Source: Eledone cirrhosa (taxonomy: Eukaryota). Taken from it: a DNA stretch of 64,000 nucleotides. Of the stretch, positions 27,201 to 41,892 are shown one piece after another. A model generated the notes under the pieces. It saw only the letters and a list, made by a program, of their open reading frames with translations, ran no database searches and was not told the DNA's origin. The position numbers were made by a program, and so were the translations under genes. The first letter of the stretch is position 1, and each line of letters opens with the position of its first letter. Location of the stretch: the NCBI GenBank assembly GCA_964016885.1, contig OZ024754.1, forward strand, positions 19,716,001 to 19,780,000, read 5' to 3'.

Positions 27201-30200
27201 CACTTGCCAGACATGTAAAACTGTGGCTAACCTGACTCTTCCATGATATAGTTACTTTAGTTTGAACACAGTCTTAGATCAAGTCACTTACCAGACATGT
27301 ACAACTGAGGCTAAAATGACTCTTCCATGATATAGTTACTTTAGTTTCACCACAGTCACAGATCAAGTCACTTGTCAGACATCTACAACTGTGGCTAAAA
27401 TGACTCTACCATGATATAGTTACTTTAGTTTCAACACAGTCACAGATCAAGTCACTTGCCAGACATGTACAAGTGTAGCAAAAATGACTCTTCAATGATA
27501 TAGTTACTTTAGTTTCAACACAGTCACAGATCAAGTCACTTGCCAGACATGTACAACTGTGACTAAAATGATTCTTCCATGATATAGTTACTTTAGTTTC
27601 AAAACAATCTCAGATAAAGTCACTTGCCAGACATGTACAACTGTGGCTAAAATGATTCTTCCATGATATAGTTACTTTAGTTTCAACACAGTCTCAGATC
27701 AAGTCACTTGCCAGACATGTTCAACTGTGGCTAAAATGACTCTACCATGATATAGTTACTTTTGTTTCAACACGTTCACAGATCAAGTCACTTGCCAGAC
27801 ATGTACAACTGTGGCTAAAATGACTCTTCCATGATATAGTTAATTTAGTTTCAACACAGTCAAAAATCAAGTCAATTACCATGGATGTACAACTGTGGCT
27901 AAAATGACTCTTCCATGATATAGTTACTTTAGTTTCAACACAGTCTCAGATCAAGTCACTTACCAGACATGTACAACTGTGGCTAAAATGACTCTTCCAT
28001 GATATAGTTACTTTAGTTTGAACACAGCCTTAGATCAAGTCACTTGCCAGACATGTACATCTGTGGCTAAAATAACTCTTCCATGATATAGTTACTTTAG
28101 TTTCAACACAGTCTCAGATCAAGTCACTTGCCAGACATGTAAAACTGTAGCTAACATGACTCTTCCATGATATAGTTACTTTAGTTTCAACACAGTCTCA
28201 GATCAAGTGACTTTCTAGACATGTACAACTGTGGCTAAAATGACTCTTCCATGATATAGTTACTTTAGTTTCAACACAACCTCAGATCAAGTCACTTGTC
28301 AGACATGTACAAGTGTAGCAAAAATGACGCTTCAATGATATAGTTACTTTAGTTTCAACACAGTCACAGATCAAGTCACTTGCCAGACATGTACAACTGT
28401 GACTAAAATGATTCTTCCATGATATAGTTACTTTAGTTTCAAAACAATCTCAGATAAAGTCACATGCCAGACATGTACAACTGTGGCTAAAATGACTCTT
28501 CCATGATATAGTTACTTTAGTTTCAACACAGTCTCAGATCAAGTCACTTGCCAGACATGTTCAACTGTGGCTAATATGACTCTTCCATGATATAGTTACT
28601 TTAGTTTGGACACAGTCTCAGATCAAGTCACTTGCCAGACATGTAAAACTGTGGCTAACCTGACTCTTCCATGATATAGTTACTTTAGTTTCAACACAGT
28701 CTCAGATCAAGTGACTTTCTAGACATGTACAACTGTGGCTAAAATGACTCTTCCATGATATAGTTACTTTAGTTTCAACACAGTCACAGATCAAGTCACT
28801 TGTCAGACATCTACAACTGTGGCTAAAATGACTCTACCATGATATAGTTACTTTAGTTTCAACACAGTCACAGATCAAGTCACTTGCCAGACATGTACAA
28901 GTGTAGCAAAAATGACTCTTCAATGATATAGTTACTTTAGTTTCAACACAGTCACAGATCAAGTCACTTGCCAGACATGTACAACTGTGACTAAAATGAT
29001 TCTTCCATGATATAGTTACTTTAGTTTCAAAACAATCTCAGATAAAGTCACTTGCCAGACATGTACAACTGTGGCTAAAATGATTCTTCCATGATATAGT
29101 TACTTTAGTTTGAACACAGCCTTTGATCAAGTCACTTGCCAGACATGTACATCTGTGGCTAAAATAACTCTTCCATGATATAGTTACTTTAGTTTCAACA
29201 CAGTCTCAGATCAAGTCACTTGCCAGACATGTAAAACTGTAGCTAACATGACTCTTCCATGATATAGTTACTTTAGTTTCAACACAGTCTCAGATCAAGT
29301 GACTTTCTAGACATGTACAACTGTGGCTAAAATGACTCTACCATGATATAGTTACTTTAGTTTCAACACAGTCACAGATCAAGTCACTTGCCAGACATGT
29401 ACAAGTGTAGCAAAAATGACGCTTCAATGATATAGTTACTTTAGTTTCAACACAGTCACAGATCAAGTCACTTGCCAGACATGTACAACTGTGACTAAAA
29501 TGATTCTTCCATGATATAGTTACTTTAGTTTCAAAACAATCTCAGATAAAGTCACATGCCAGACATGTACAACTGTGGCTAAAATGACTCTTCCATGATA
29601 TAGTTACTTTAGTTTCAACACAGTCTCAGATCAAGTCACTTGCCAGACATGTTCAACTGTGGCTAATATGACTCTTCCATGATATAGTTACTTTAGTTTG
29701 GACACAGTCTCAGATCAAGTCACTTGCCAGACATGTAAAACTGTGGCTAACCTGACTCTTCCATGATATAGTTACTTTAGTTTGAACACAGTCTTAGATC
29801 AAGTCACTTACCAGACATGTACAACTGAGGCTAAAATGACTCTTCCATGATATAGTTACTTTAGTTTCACCACAGTCACAGATCAAGTCACTTGTCAGAC
29901 ATCTACAACTGTGGCTAAAATGACTCTACCATGATATAGTTACTTTAGTTTCAACACAGTCACAGATCAAGTCACTTACCAGACATGTACATCTCTGGCT
30001 AAAATAACTCTTCCATGATATAGTTACTTTAGTTTCAACACAGTCTCAGATCAAGTCACTTGCCAGACATGTACAACTGTGGCTAAAATGACTCTTCCAT
30101 GATATAGTTAATTTAGTTTCAACACAGTCAAAAATCAAGTCAATTACCATGGATGTACAACTGTGGCTAAAATGACTCTTCCATGATATAGTTACTTTAG

Positions 30201-33200
30201 TTTCAACACAGTCTCAGATCAAGTCACTTACCAGACATGTACAACAGTGGCTAAAATGACTCTTCCATGATATAGTTACTTTAGTTTGAACACAGTCTTA
30301 GATCAAGTCACTTGCCAGACATGTACAACTGTGGCTAAAATAACTCTTCCATGATATAGTTACTTTAGTTTCAACACAGTCTCAGATCAAGTCACTTGCC
30401 AGACATGTACAACTGCGGCTAAAATAATTCTTCCATGATATAGTTACTTTAGTTTCAACACAGTCTCAGATCAAGTCACTTGCCAGGCATCTACAACTGT
30501 GGCTAAAATGACTCTACCATGATATAGTTACTTTAGTTTCAACACGTTCACAGATCAAGTCACTTGCCAGACATATATAACTGTGGCTAAAATGACTATC
30601 CATGATATAGTTACTTTAGTTTCAACACAGTCACAGATCAAGTCACTTACCAGACATGTAAAACTGTAGCTAACATGACTCTTCCATGATATAGTTACTT
30701 TAGTTTCAACACAGTCTCAGATCAAGTGACTTTCTAGACATGTACAACTGTGGCTAAAATGACTCTTCCATGATATAGTTACTTTAGTTTCAACACAACC
30801 TCAGATCAAGTCACTTGTCAGACATCTAAAACTGTGGCTAAAATGACTCTACCATGATATAGTTACTTTAGTTTCAACACAGTCACAGATCAAGTCACTT
30901 GCCAGACATGTACAAGTGTAGCAAAAATGACTCTTCAATGATATAGTTACTTTAGTTTCAACACAGTCACAGATCAAGTCACTTGCCAGACATGTACAAC
31001 TGTGACTAAAATGATTCTTCCATGATATAGTTACTTTAGTTTCAAAACAATCTCAGATAAAGTCACTTGCCAGACATGTACAACTGTGGCTAAAATGACT
31101 CTTCCATGATATAGTTACTTTAGTTTCAACACAGTCTCAGATCAAGTCACTTGCCAGACATGTTCAACTGTGGCTAATATGACTCTTCCATGATATAGTT
31201 ACTTTAGTTACAACACAGTCTCAGATCAAGTCACTTGCCAGACATGTACAACTGTGGCTAAAATAACTCTTCCATGATATAGTTACTTTAGTTTCAACAC
31301 AGTCTCAGATCAAGTCACTTGCCAGGCATCTAAAACTGTGGCTAAAATGACTCTACCATGATATAGTTACTTTTGTTTCAACACGTTCACAGATCAAGTC
31401 ACTTGCCAGACATGTACAACTGTGGCTAAAATGACTCTTCCATGATATAGTTAATTTAGTTTCAACACAGTCAAAAATCAAGTCAATTACCATGGATGTA
31501 CAACTGTGGCTAAAATGACTCTTCCATGATATAGTTACTTTAGTTTCAACACAGTCTCAGATCAAGTCACTTACCAGACATGTACAACTGTGGCTAAAAT
31601 GACTCTTCCATGATATAGTTACTTTAGTTTGAACACAGTCTTAGATCAAGTCACTTGCCAGACATGTACAACTGTGGCTAAAATAACTCTTCCATGATAT
31701 AGTTACTTTAGTTTCAACACAGTCTCAGATCAAGTCACTTGCCAGACATGTACAACTGTGGCTAAAATAACTCTTCCATGATATAGTTACTTTAGTTTCA
31801 ACACAGTCTCAGATCAAGTCACTTGCCAGGCATCTACAACTGTGGCTAAAATGACTCTACCATGATATAGTTACTTTAGTTTCAACACGTTCACAGATCA
31901 AGTCACTTGCCAGACATATATGACTGTGGCTAAAATGACTATCCATGATATAGTTACTTTAGTTTCAACACAGTCACAGATCAAGTCACTTACCAGACAT
32001 GTAAAAGCGTAGCTAACATGACTCTTCCATGATATAGTTACTTTAGTTTCAACACAGTCTCAGATCAAGTGACTTTCTAGACATGTACAACTGTGGCTAA
32101 AATGACTCTTCCATGATATAGTTACTTTAGTTTCAACACAACCTCAGATCAAGTCACTTGTCAGACATCTACAACTGTGGCTAAAATGACTCTACCATGA
32201 TATAGTTATTTTAGTTTCAACACAGTCACAGATCAAGTCACTTGCCAGACATGTACAAGTGTAGCAAAAATGACTCTTCAATGATATAGTTACTTTAGTT
32301 TCAACACAGTCACAGATCAAGTCACTTGCCAGACATGTACAACTGTGACTAAAATGATTCTTCCATGATATAGTTACTTTAGTTTCAAAACAATCTCAGA
32401 TAAAGTCACTTGCCAGACATGTACAACTGTGGCTAAAATGACTCTTCCATGATATAGTTACTTTAGTTTCAACACAGTCTCAGATCAAGTCACTTGCCAG
32501 ACATGTTCAACTGTGGCTAATATGACTCTTCCATGATATAGTTACTTTAGTTTGGACATATTCTCAGATCAAGTCACTTGCCAGACATGTACAACTGTGG
32601 CTAACCTGACTCTTCCATGATATAGTTACTTTAGTTTGAACACAGTCTTAGATCAAGTCACTTACCAGACATGTACAACTGAGGCTCAAATGACTCTTCC
32701 ATGATATAATTACTTTAGTTTCACCACAGTCACAGATCAAGTCACTTGCCAGACATGTACATCTGTGGCTAAAATAACTCTTCCATGATATAGTTACTTT
32801 AGTTTCAACACAGTCTCAGATCAAGTCACTTGCCAGACATGTAAAACTGTAGCTAACATGACTCTTCCATGATATAGTTACTTTAGTTTCAACACAGTCT
32901 CAGATCAAGTGACTTTCTAGACATGTACAACTGTGGCTAAAATGACTCTTCCATGATATAGTTACTTTAGTTTCAACACAACCTCAGATAAAGTCACATG
33001 CCAGACATGTACAACTGTGGCTAAAATGACTCTTCCATGATATAGTTACTTTAGTTTCAACACAGTCTCAGATCAAGTCACTTGCCAGACATGTTCAACT
33101 GTGGCTAATATGACTCTTCCATGATATAGTTACTTTAGTTTGGACACAGTCTCAGATCAAGTCACTTGCCAGACATGTAAAACTGTGGCTAACCTGACTC

Positions 33201-33689
33201 TTCCATGATATAGTTACTTTAGTTTGAACACAGGCTTAGATCAAGTCATTTACCAGACATGTACAACTGAGGCTAAAATGACTCTTCCATGATATAGTTA
33301 CTTTAGTTTCACCACAGTCACAGATCAAGTCACTTGTCAGACATCTACAACTGTGGCTAAAATGACTCTACCATGATATAGTTACTTTAGTTTCAACACA
33401 GTCACAGATCAAGTCACTTGCCAGACATGTACAAGTGTAGCAAAAATGACTCTTCAATGATATAGTTACTTTAGTTTCAACACAGTCACAGATCAAGTCA
33501 CTTGCCAGACATGTACAACTGTGACTAAAATGATTCTTCCATGATATAGTTACTTTAGTTTCAAAACAATCTCAGATAAAGTCACTTGCCAGACATGTAC
33601 AACTGTGGCTAAAATGATTCTTCCATGATATAGTTACTTTAGTTTCAACACAGTCTCAGATCAAGTCACTTGCCAGACATGTTCAACTG

Positions 33690-36600
33690 TGGCTAATATG
33701 ACTCTTCCATGATATAGTTACTTTAGTTTGGACACAGTCTCAGATCAAGTCACTTGCCAGACATGTACATCTGTGGCTAAAATAACTCTTCCATGATATA
33801 GTTACTTTAGTTTCAACACAGTCTCAGATCAAGTCACTTGCCAGGCATCTGCAACTGTGGCTAAAATGACTCTACCATGATATAGTTACTTTTGTTTCAA
33901 CACGTTCACAGATCAAGTCACTTGCCAGACATGTACAACTGTGGCTAAAATGACTCTTCCATGATATAGTTAATTTAGTTTCAACACAGTCAAAAATCAA
34001 GTCAATTACCATGGATGTACAACTGTGGCTAAAATGACTCTTCCATGATATAGTTACTTTAGTTTCAACACAGTCTCAGATCAAGTCACTTACCAGACAT
34101 GTACAACTGTGGCTAAAATGACTCTTCCATGATATAGTTACTTTAGTTTGAACACAGCCTTAGATCAAGTCACTTGCCAGACATGTACATCTGTGGCTAA
34201 AATAACTCTTCCATGATATAGTTACTTTAGTTTCAACACAGTCTCAGATCAAGTCACTTGCCAGACATGTAAAACTGTAGCTAACATGACTCTTCCATGA
34301 TATAGTTACTTTAGTTTCAACACAGTCTCAGATCAAGTGACTTTCTAGACATGTACAACTGTGGCTAAAATGACTCTTCCATGATATAGTTACTTTAGTT
34401 TCAACACAGTCACAGATCAAGTCACTTGTCAGACATCTACAACTGTGGCTAAAATGACTCTACCATGATATAGTTACTTTAGTTTCAACACAGTCACAGA
34501 TCAAGTCACTTGCCAGACATGTACAAGTGTAGCAAAAATGACTCTTCAATGATATAGTTACTTTAGTTTCAACACAGTCACAGATCAAGTCACTTGCCAG
34601 ACATGTACAACTGTGACTAAAATGATTCTTCCATGATATAGTTACTTTAGTTTCAAAACAATCTCAGATAAAGTCACTTGCCAGACATGTACAACTGTGG
34701 CTAAAATGATTCTTCCATGATATAGTTACTTTAGTTTCAACACAGTCTCAGATCAAGTCACTTGCCAGACATGTTCAACTGTGGCTAATATGACTCTACC
34801 ATGATATAGTTACTTTTGTTTCAACACGTTTACAGATCAAGTCACTTGCCAGACATGTACAACTGTGGCTAAAATGACTCTTCCATGATATAGTTAATTT
34901 AGTTTCAACACAGTCAAAAATCAAGTCAATTACCATGGATGTACAACTGTGGCTAAAATGACTCTTCCATGATATAGTTACTTTAGTTTCAACACAGTCT
35001 CAGATCAAGTCACTTACCAGACATGTACAACTGTGGCTAAAATGACTCTTCCATGATATAGTTACTTTAGTTTGAACACAGCCTTAGATCAAGTCACTTG
35101 CCAGACATGTACATCTGTGGCTAAAATAACTCTTCCATGATATAGTTACTTTAGTTTCAACACAGTCTCAGATCAAGTCACTTGCCAGACATGTAAAACT
35201 GTAGCTAACATGACTCTTCCATGATATAGTTACTTTAGTTTCAACACAGTCTCAGATCAAGTGACTTTCTAGACATGTACAACTGTGGCTAAAATGACTC
35301 TACCATGATATAGTTACTTTAGTTTCAACACAGTCACAGATCAAGTCACTTGCCAGACATGTACAAGTGTAGCAAAAATGACGCTTCAATGATATAGTTA
35401 CTTTAGTTTCAACACAGTCACAGATCAAGTCACTTGCCAGACATGTACAACTGTGACTAAAATGATTCTTCCATGATATAGTTACTTTAGTTTCAAAACA
35501 ATCTCAGATAAAGTCACATGCCAGACATGTACAACTGTGGCTAAAATGACTCTTCCATGATATAGTTACTTTAGTTTCAACACAGTCTCAGATCAAGTCA
35601 CTTGCCAGACATGTTCAACTGTGGCTAATATGACTCTTCCATGATATAGTTACTTTAGTTTGGACACAGTCTCAGATCAAGTCACTTGCCAGACATGTAA
35701 AACTGTGGCTAACCTGACTCTTCCATGATATAGTTACTTTAGTTTGAACACAGTCTTAGATCAAGTCACTTACCAGACATGTACAACTGAGGCTAAAATG
35801 ACTCTTCCATGATATAGTTACTTTAGTTTCACCACAGTCACAGATCAAGTCACTTGTCAGACATCTACAACTGTGGCTAAAATGACTCTACCATGATATA
35901 GTTACTTTAGTTTCAACACAGTCACAGATCAAGTCACTTACCAGACATGTACATCTGTGGCTAAAATAACTCTTCCATGATATAGTTACTTTAGTTTCAA
36001 CACAGTCTCAGATCAAGTCACTTGCCAGACATGTACAACTGTGGCTAAAATGACTCTTCCATGATATAGTTAATTTAGTTTCAACACAGTCAAAAATCAA
36101 GTCAATTACCATGGATGTACAACTGTGGCTAAAATGACTCTTCCATGATATAGTTACTTTAGTTTCAACACTGTCTCAGATCAAGTCACTTACCAGACAT
36201 GTACAACAGTGGCTAAAATGACTCTTCCATGATATAGTTACTTTAGTTTGAACACAGTCTTAGATCAAGTCACTTGCCAGACATGTACAACTGTGGCTAA
36301 AATAACTCTTCCATGATATAGTTACTTTAGTTTCAACACAGTCTCAGATCAAGTCACTTGCCAGACATGTACAACTGTGGCTAAAATAATTCTTCCATGA
36401 TATAGTTACTTTAGTTTCAACACAGTCTCAGATCAAGTCACTTGCCAGGCATCTACAACTGTGGCTAAAATGACTCTACCATGATATAGTTACTTTAGTT
36501 TCAACACGTTCACAGATCAAGTCACTTGCCAGACATATATAACTGTGGCTAAAATGACTATCCATGATATAGTTACTTTAGTTTCAACACAGTCACAGAT

Positions 36601-39600
36601 CAAGTCACTTACCAGACATGTAAAACTGTAGCTAACATGACTCTTCCATGATATAGTTACTTTAGTTTCAACACAGGCTCAGATCAAGTGACTTTCTAGA
36701 CATGTACAACTGTGGCTAAAATGACTCTTCCATGATATAGTTACTTTAGTTTCAACACAACCTCAGATCAAGTCACTGGTCAGACATCTACAACTGTGGC
36801 TAAAATGACTCTACCATGATATAGTTACTTTAGTTTCAACACAGTCACAGATCAAGTCACTTGCCAGACATGTACAAGTGTAGCAAAAATGACTCTTCAA
36901 TGATATAGTTACTTTAGTTTCAACACAGTCACAGATCAAGTCACTTGCCAGACATGTACAACTGTGACTAAAATGATTCTTCCATGATATAGTTACTTTA
37001 GTTTCAAAACAATCTCAGATAAAGTCACTTGCCAGACATGTACAACTGTGGCTAAAATGACTCTTCCATGATATAGTTACTTTAGTTTCAACACAGTCTC
37101 AGATCAAGTCACTTGCCAGACATGTTCAACTGTGGTTAATATGACTCTTCCATGATATAGTTACTTTAGTTACAACACAGTCTCAGATCAAGTCACTTGC
37201 CAGACATGTACAACTGTGGCTAAAATAACTCTTCCATGATATAGTTACTTTAGTTTCAACACAGTCTCAGATCAACTCACTTGCCAGGCATCTAAAACTG
37301 TGGCTAAAATGACTCTACCATGATATAGTTACTTTTGTTTCAACACGTTCACAGATCAAGTCACTTGCCAGACATGTACAACTGTGGCTAAAATGACTCT
37401 TCCATGATATAGTTAATTTAGTTTCAACACAGTCAAAAATCAAGTCAATTACCATGGATGTACAACTGTGGCTAAAATAACTCTTCCATGATATAGTTAC
37501 TTTAGTTTCAACACAGTCTCAGATCAAGTCACTTACCAGACATGTAAAACTGTAGCTAACATGACTCTTCCATGATATAGTTACTTTAGTTTCAACACAG
37601 TCTCAGATCAAGTGACTTTCTAGACATGTTCAACTGTGGCTAATATGACTCTTCCATGATATAGTTACTTTAGTTTGGACACAGTCTCAGATCAAGTCAC
37701 TTGCCAGACATGTACAACTGTGGCTAAAATAACTCTTCCATGATATAGTTACTTTAGTTTCAACACAGTCTCAGATCAAGTCACTTGCCAGGCATCTGCA
37801 ACTGTGGCTAAAATGACTCTACCATGATATAGTTACTTTTGTTTCAACACGTTCACAGATCAAGTCACTTGCCAGACATGTACAACTGTGGCTAAAATGA
37901 CTCTTCCATGATATAGTTAATTTAGTTTCAACACAGTCAAAAATCAAGTCAATTACCATGGATGTACAACTGTGGCTAAAATGACTCTTCCATGATATAG
38001 TTACTTTAGTTTCAACACAGTCTCAGATCAAGTCACTTACCAGACATGTACAACTGTGGCTAAAATGACTCTTCCATGATATAGTTACTTTAGTTTGAAC
38101 ACAGCCTTAGATCAAGTCACTTGCCAGACATGTACATCTGTGGCTAAAATAACTCTTCCATGATATAGTTACTTTAGTTTCAACACAGTCTCAGATCAAG
38201 TCACTTGCCAGACATGTAAAACTGTAGCTAACATGACTCTTCCATGATATAGTTACTTTAGTTTCAACACAGTCTCAGATCAAGTGACTTTCTAGACATG
38301 TACAACTGTGACTAAAATGACTCTTCCATGATATAGTTACTTTAGTTTCAACACAGTCACAGATCAAGTCACTTGTCAGACATCTACAACTGTGGCTAAA
38401 ATGACTCTACCATGATATAGTTACTTTAGTTTCAACACAGTCACAGATCAAGTCACTTGCCAGACATGTACAAGTGTAGCAAAAATGACTCTTCAATGAT
38501 ATAGTTACTTTAGTTTCAACACAGTCACAGATCAAGTCACTTGCCAGACATGTACAACTGTGACTAAAATGATTCTTCCATGATATAGTTACTTTAGTTT
38601 CAAAACAATCTCAGATAAAGTCACTTGCCAGACATGTACAACTGTGGCTAAAATGATTCTTCCATGATATAGTTACTTTAGTTTCAACACGTTTACAGAT
38701 CAAGTCACTTGCCAGACATGTACAACTGTGACTAAAATGATTCTTCCATGATATAGTTACTTTAGTTTCAAAACAATCTCAGATCAAGTCACTTGCCAGA
38801 CATGTTCAACTGTGGCTAATATGACTCTACCATGATATAGTTACTTTTGTTTCAACACGTTTACAGATCAAGTCACTTGCCAGACATGTACAACTGTGGC
38901 TAAAATGACTCTTCCATGATATAGTTAATTTAGTTTCAACACAGTCAAATATCAAGTCAATTACCATGGATGTACAACTGTGGCTAAAATGACTCTTCCA
39001 TGATATAGTTACTTTAGTTTCAACACAGTCTCAGATCAAGTCACTTACCAGACATGTACAACTGTGGCTAAAATGACTCTTCCATGATATAGTTACTTTA
39101 GTTTGAACACAGCCTTAGATCAAGTCACTTGCCAGACATGTACATCTGTGGCTAAAATAACTCTTCCATGATATAGTTACTTTAGTTTCAACACAGTCTC
39201 AGATCAAGTCACTTGCCAGACATGTAAAACTGTAGCTAACATGACTCTTCCATGATATAGTTACTTTAGTTTCAACACAGTCTCAGATCAAGTGACTTTC
39301 TAGACATGTACAACTGTGGCTAAAATGACTCTACCATGATATAGTTACTTTAGTTTCAACACAGTCACAGATCAAGTCACTTGCCAGACATGTACAAGTG
39401 TAGCAAAAATGACGCTTCAATGATATAGTTACTTTAGTTTCAACACAGTCACAGATCAAGTCACTTGCCAGACATGTACAACTGTGACTAAAATGATTCT
39501 TCCATGATATAGTTACTTTAGTTTCAAAACAATCTCAGATAAAGTCACATGCCAGACATGTACAACTGTGGCTAAAATGACTCTTCCATGATATAGTTAC

Positions 39601-41650
39601 TTTAGTTTCAACACAGTCTCAGATCAAGTCACTTGCCAGACATGTTCAACTGTGGCTAATATGACTCTTCCATGATATAGTTACTTTAGTTTGGACACAG
39701 TCTCAGATCAAGTCACTTGCCAGACATGTAAAACTGTGGCTAACCTGACTCTTCCATGATATAGTTACTTTAGTTTGAACACAGTCTTAGATCAAGTCAC
39801 TTACCAGACATGTACAACTGAGGCTAAAATGACTCTTCCATGATATAGTTACTTTAGTTTCACCACAGTCACAGATCAAGTCACTTGTCAGACATCTACA
39901 ACTGTGGCTAAAATGACTCTACCATGATATAGTTACTTTAGTTTCAACACAGTCACAGATCAAGTCACTTACCAGACATGTACATCTGTGGCTAAAATAA
40001 CTCTTCCATGATATAGTTACTTTAGTTTCAACACAGTCTCAGATCAAGTCACTTGCCAGACATGTACAACTGTGGCTAAAATGACTCTTCCATGATATAG
40101 TTAATTTAGTTTCAACACAGTCAAAAATCAAGTCAATTACCATGGATGTACAACTGTGGCTAAAATGACTCTTCCATGATATAGTTACTTTAGTTTCAAC
40201 ACTGTCTCAGATCAAGTCACTTACCAGACATGTACAACAGTGGCTAAAATGACTCTTCCATGATATAGTTACTTTAGTTTGAACACAGTCTTAGATCAAG
40301 TCACTTGCCAGACATGTACAACTGTGGCTAAAATAACTCTTCCATGATATAGTTACTTTAGTTTCAACACAGTCTCAGATCAAGTCACTTGCCAGACATG
40401 TACAACTGTGGCTAAAATAATTCTTCCATGATATAGTTACTTTAGTTTCAACACAGTCTCAGATCAAGTCACTTGCCAGGCATCTACAACTGTGGCTAAA
40501 ATGACTCTACCATGATATAGTTACTTTAGTTTCAACACGTTCACAGATCAAGTCACTTGCCAGACATATATAACTGTGGCTAAAATGACTATCCATGATA
40601 TAGTTACTTTAGTTTCAACACAGTCACAGATCAAGTCACTTACCAGACATGTAAAACTGTAGCTAACATGACTCTTCCATGATATAGTTACTTTAGTTTC
40701 AACACAGGCTCAGATCAAGTGACTTTCTAGACATGTACAACTGTGGCTAAAATGACTCTTCCATGATATAGTTACTTTAGTTTCAACACAACCTCAGATC
40801 AAGTCACTGGTCAGACATCTACAACTGTGGCTAAAATGACTCTACCATGATATAGTTACTTTAGTTTCAACACAGTCACAGATCAAGTCACTTGCCAGAC
40901 ATGTACAAGTGTAGCAAAAATGACTCTTCAATGATATAGTTACTTTAGTTTCAACACAGTCACAGATCAAGTCACTTGCCAGACATGTACAACTGTGACT
41001 AAAATGATTCTTCCATGATATAGTTACTTTAGTTTCAAAACAATCTCAGATAAAGTCACTTGCCAGACATGTACAACTGTGGCTAAAATGACTCTTCCAT
41101 GATATAGTTACTTTAGTTTCAACACAGTCTCAGATCAAGTCACTTGCCAGACATGTTCAACTGTGGTTAATATGACTCTTCCATGATATAGTTACTTTAG
41201 TTACAACACAGTCTCAGATCAAGTCACTTGCCAGACATGTACAACTGTGGCTAAAATAACTCTTCCATGATATAGTTACTTTAGTTTCAACACAGTCTCA
41301 GATCAACTCACTTGCCAGGCATCTAAAACTGTGGCTAAAATGACTCTACCATGATATAGTTACTTTTGTTTCAACACGTTCACAGATCAAGTCACTTGCC
41401 AGACATGTACAACTGTGGCTAAAATGACTCTTCCATGATATAGTTAATTTAGTTTCAACACAGTCAAAAATCAAGTCAATTACCATGGATGTACAACTGT
41501 GGCTAAAATAACTCTTCCATGATATAGTTACTTTAGTTTCAACACAGTCTCAGATCAAGTCACTTACCAGACATGTAAAACTGTAGCTAACATGACTCTT
41601 CCATGATATAGTTACTTTAGTTTCAACACAGTCTCAGATCAAGTGACTTT
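33690..41650. repeat. Tandem duplication, period 3947 then 4031 bp (47 then 48 monomers)
   Basis: Private markers actgtctcag (36170/40201), agtcactggt (36771/40802) and atcaactcac (37271/41302) are all 4031 bp apart. The upstream marker catctgcaac is 3947 bp apart, so the second copy has one extra monomer near 38.7 kb. Confidence 0.85.
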
Positions 41651-41892
41651 CTAGACATGTACAACTGTGGCTAAAATGACTCTTCCATGATATAGTTACT
41701 TTAGTTTCAACACAACCTCAGATCAAGTCACTTGTCAGACATCTACAACTGTGGCTAAAATGACTCTACCATGATATAGTTACTTTAGTTTCAACACAGT
41801 CACAGATCAAGTCACTTACCAGACATGTACAACTGTGACTAAAATGATTCTTCCATGATATAGTTACTTTAGTTTCAAAACAATCTCAGATA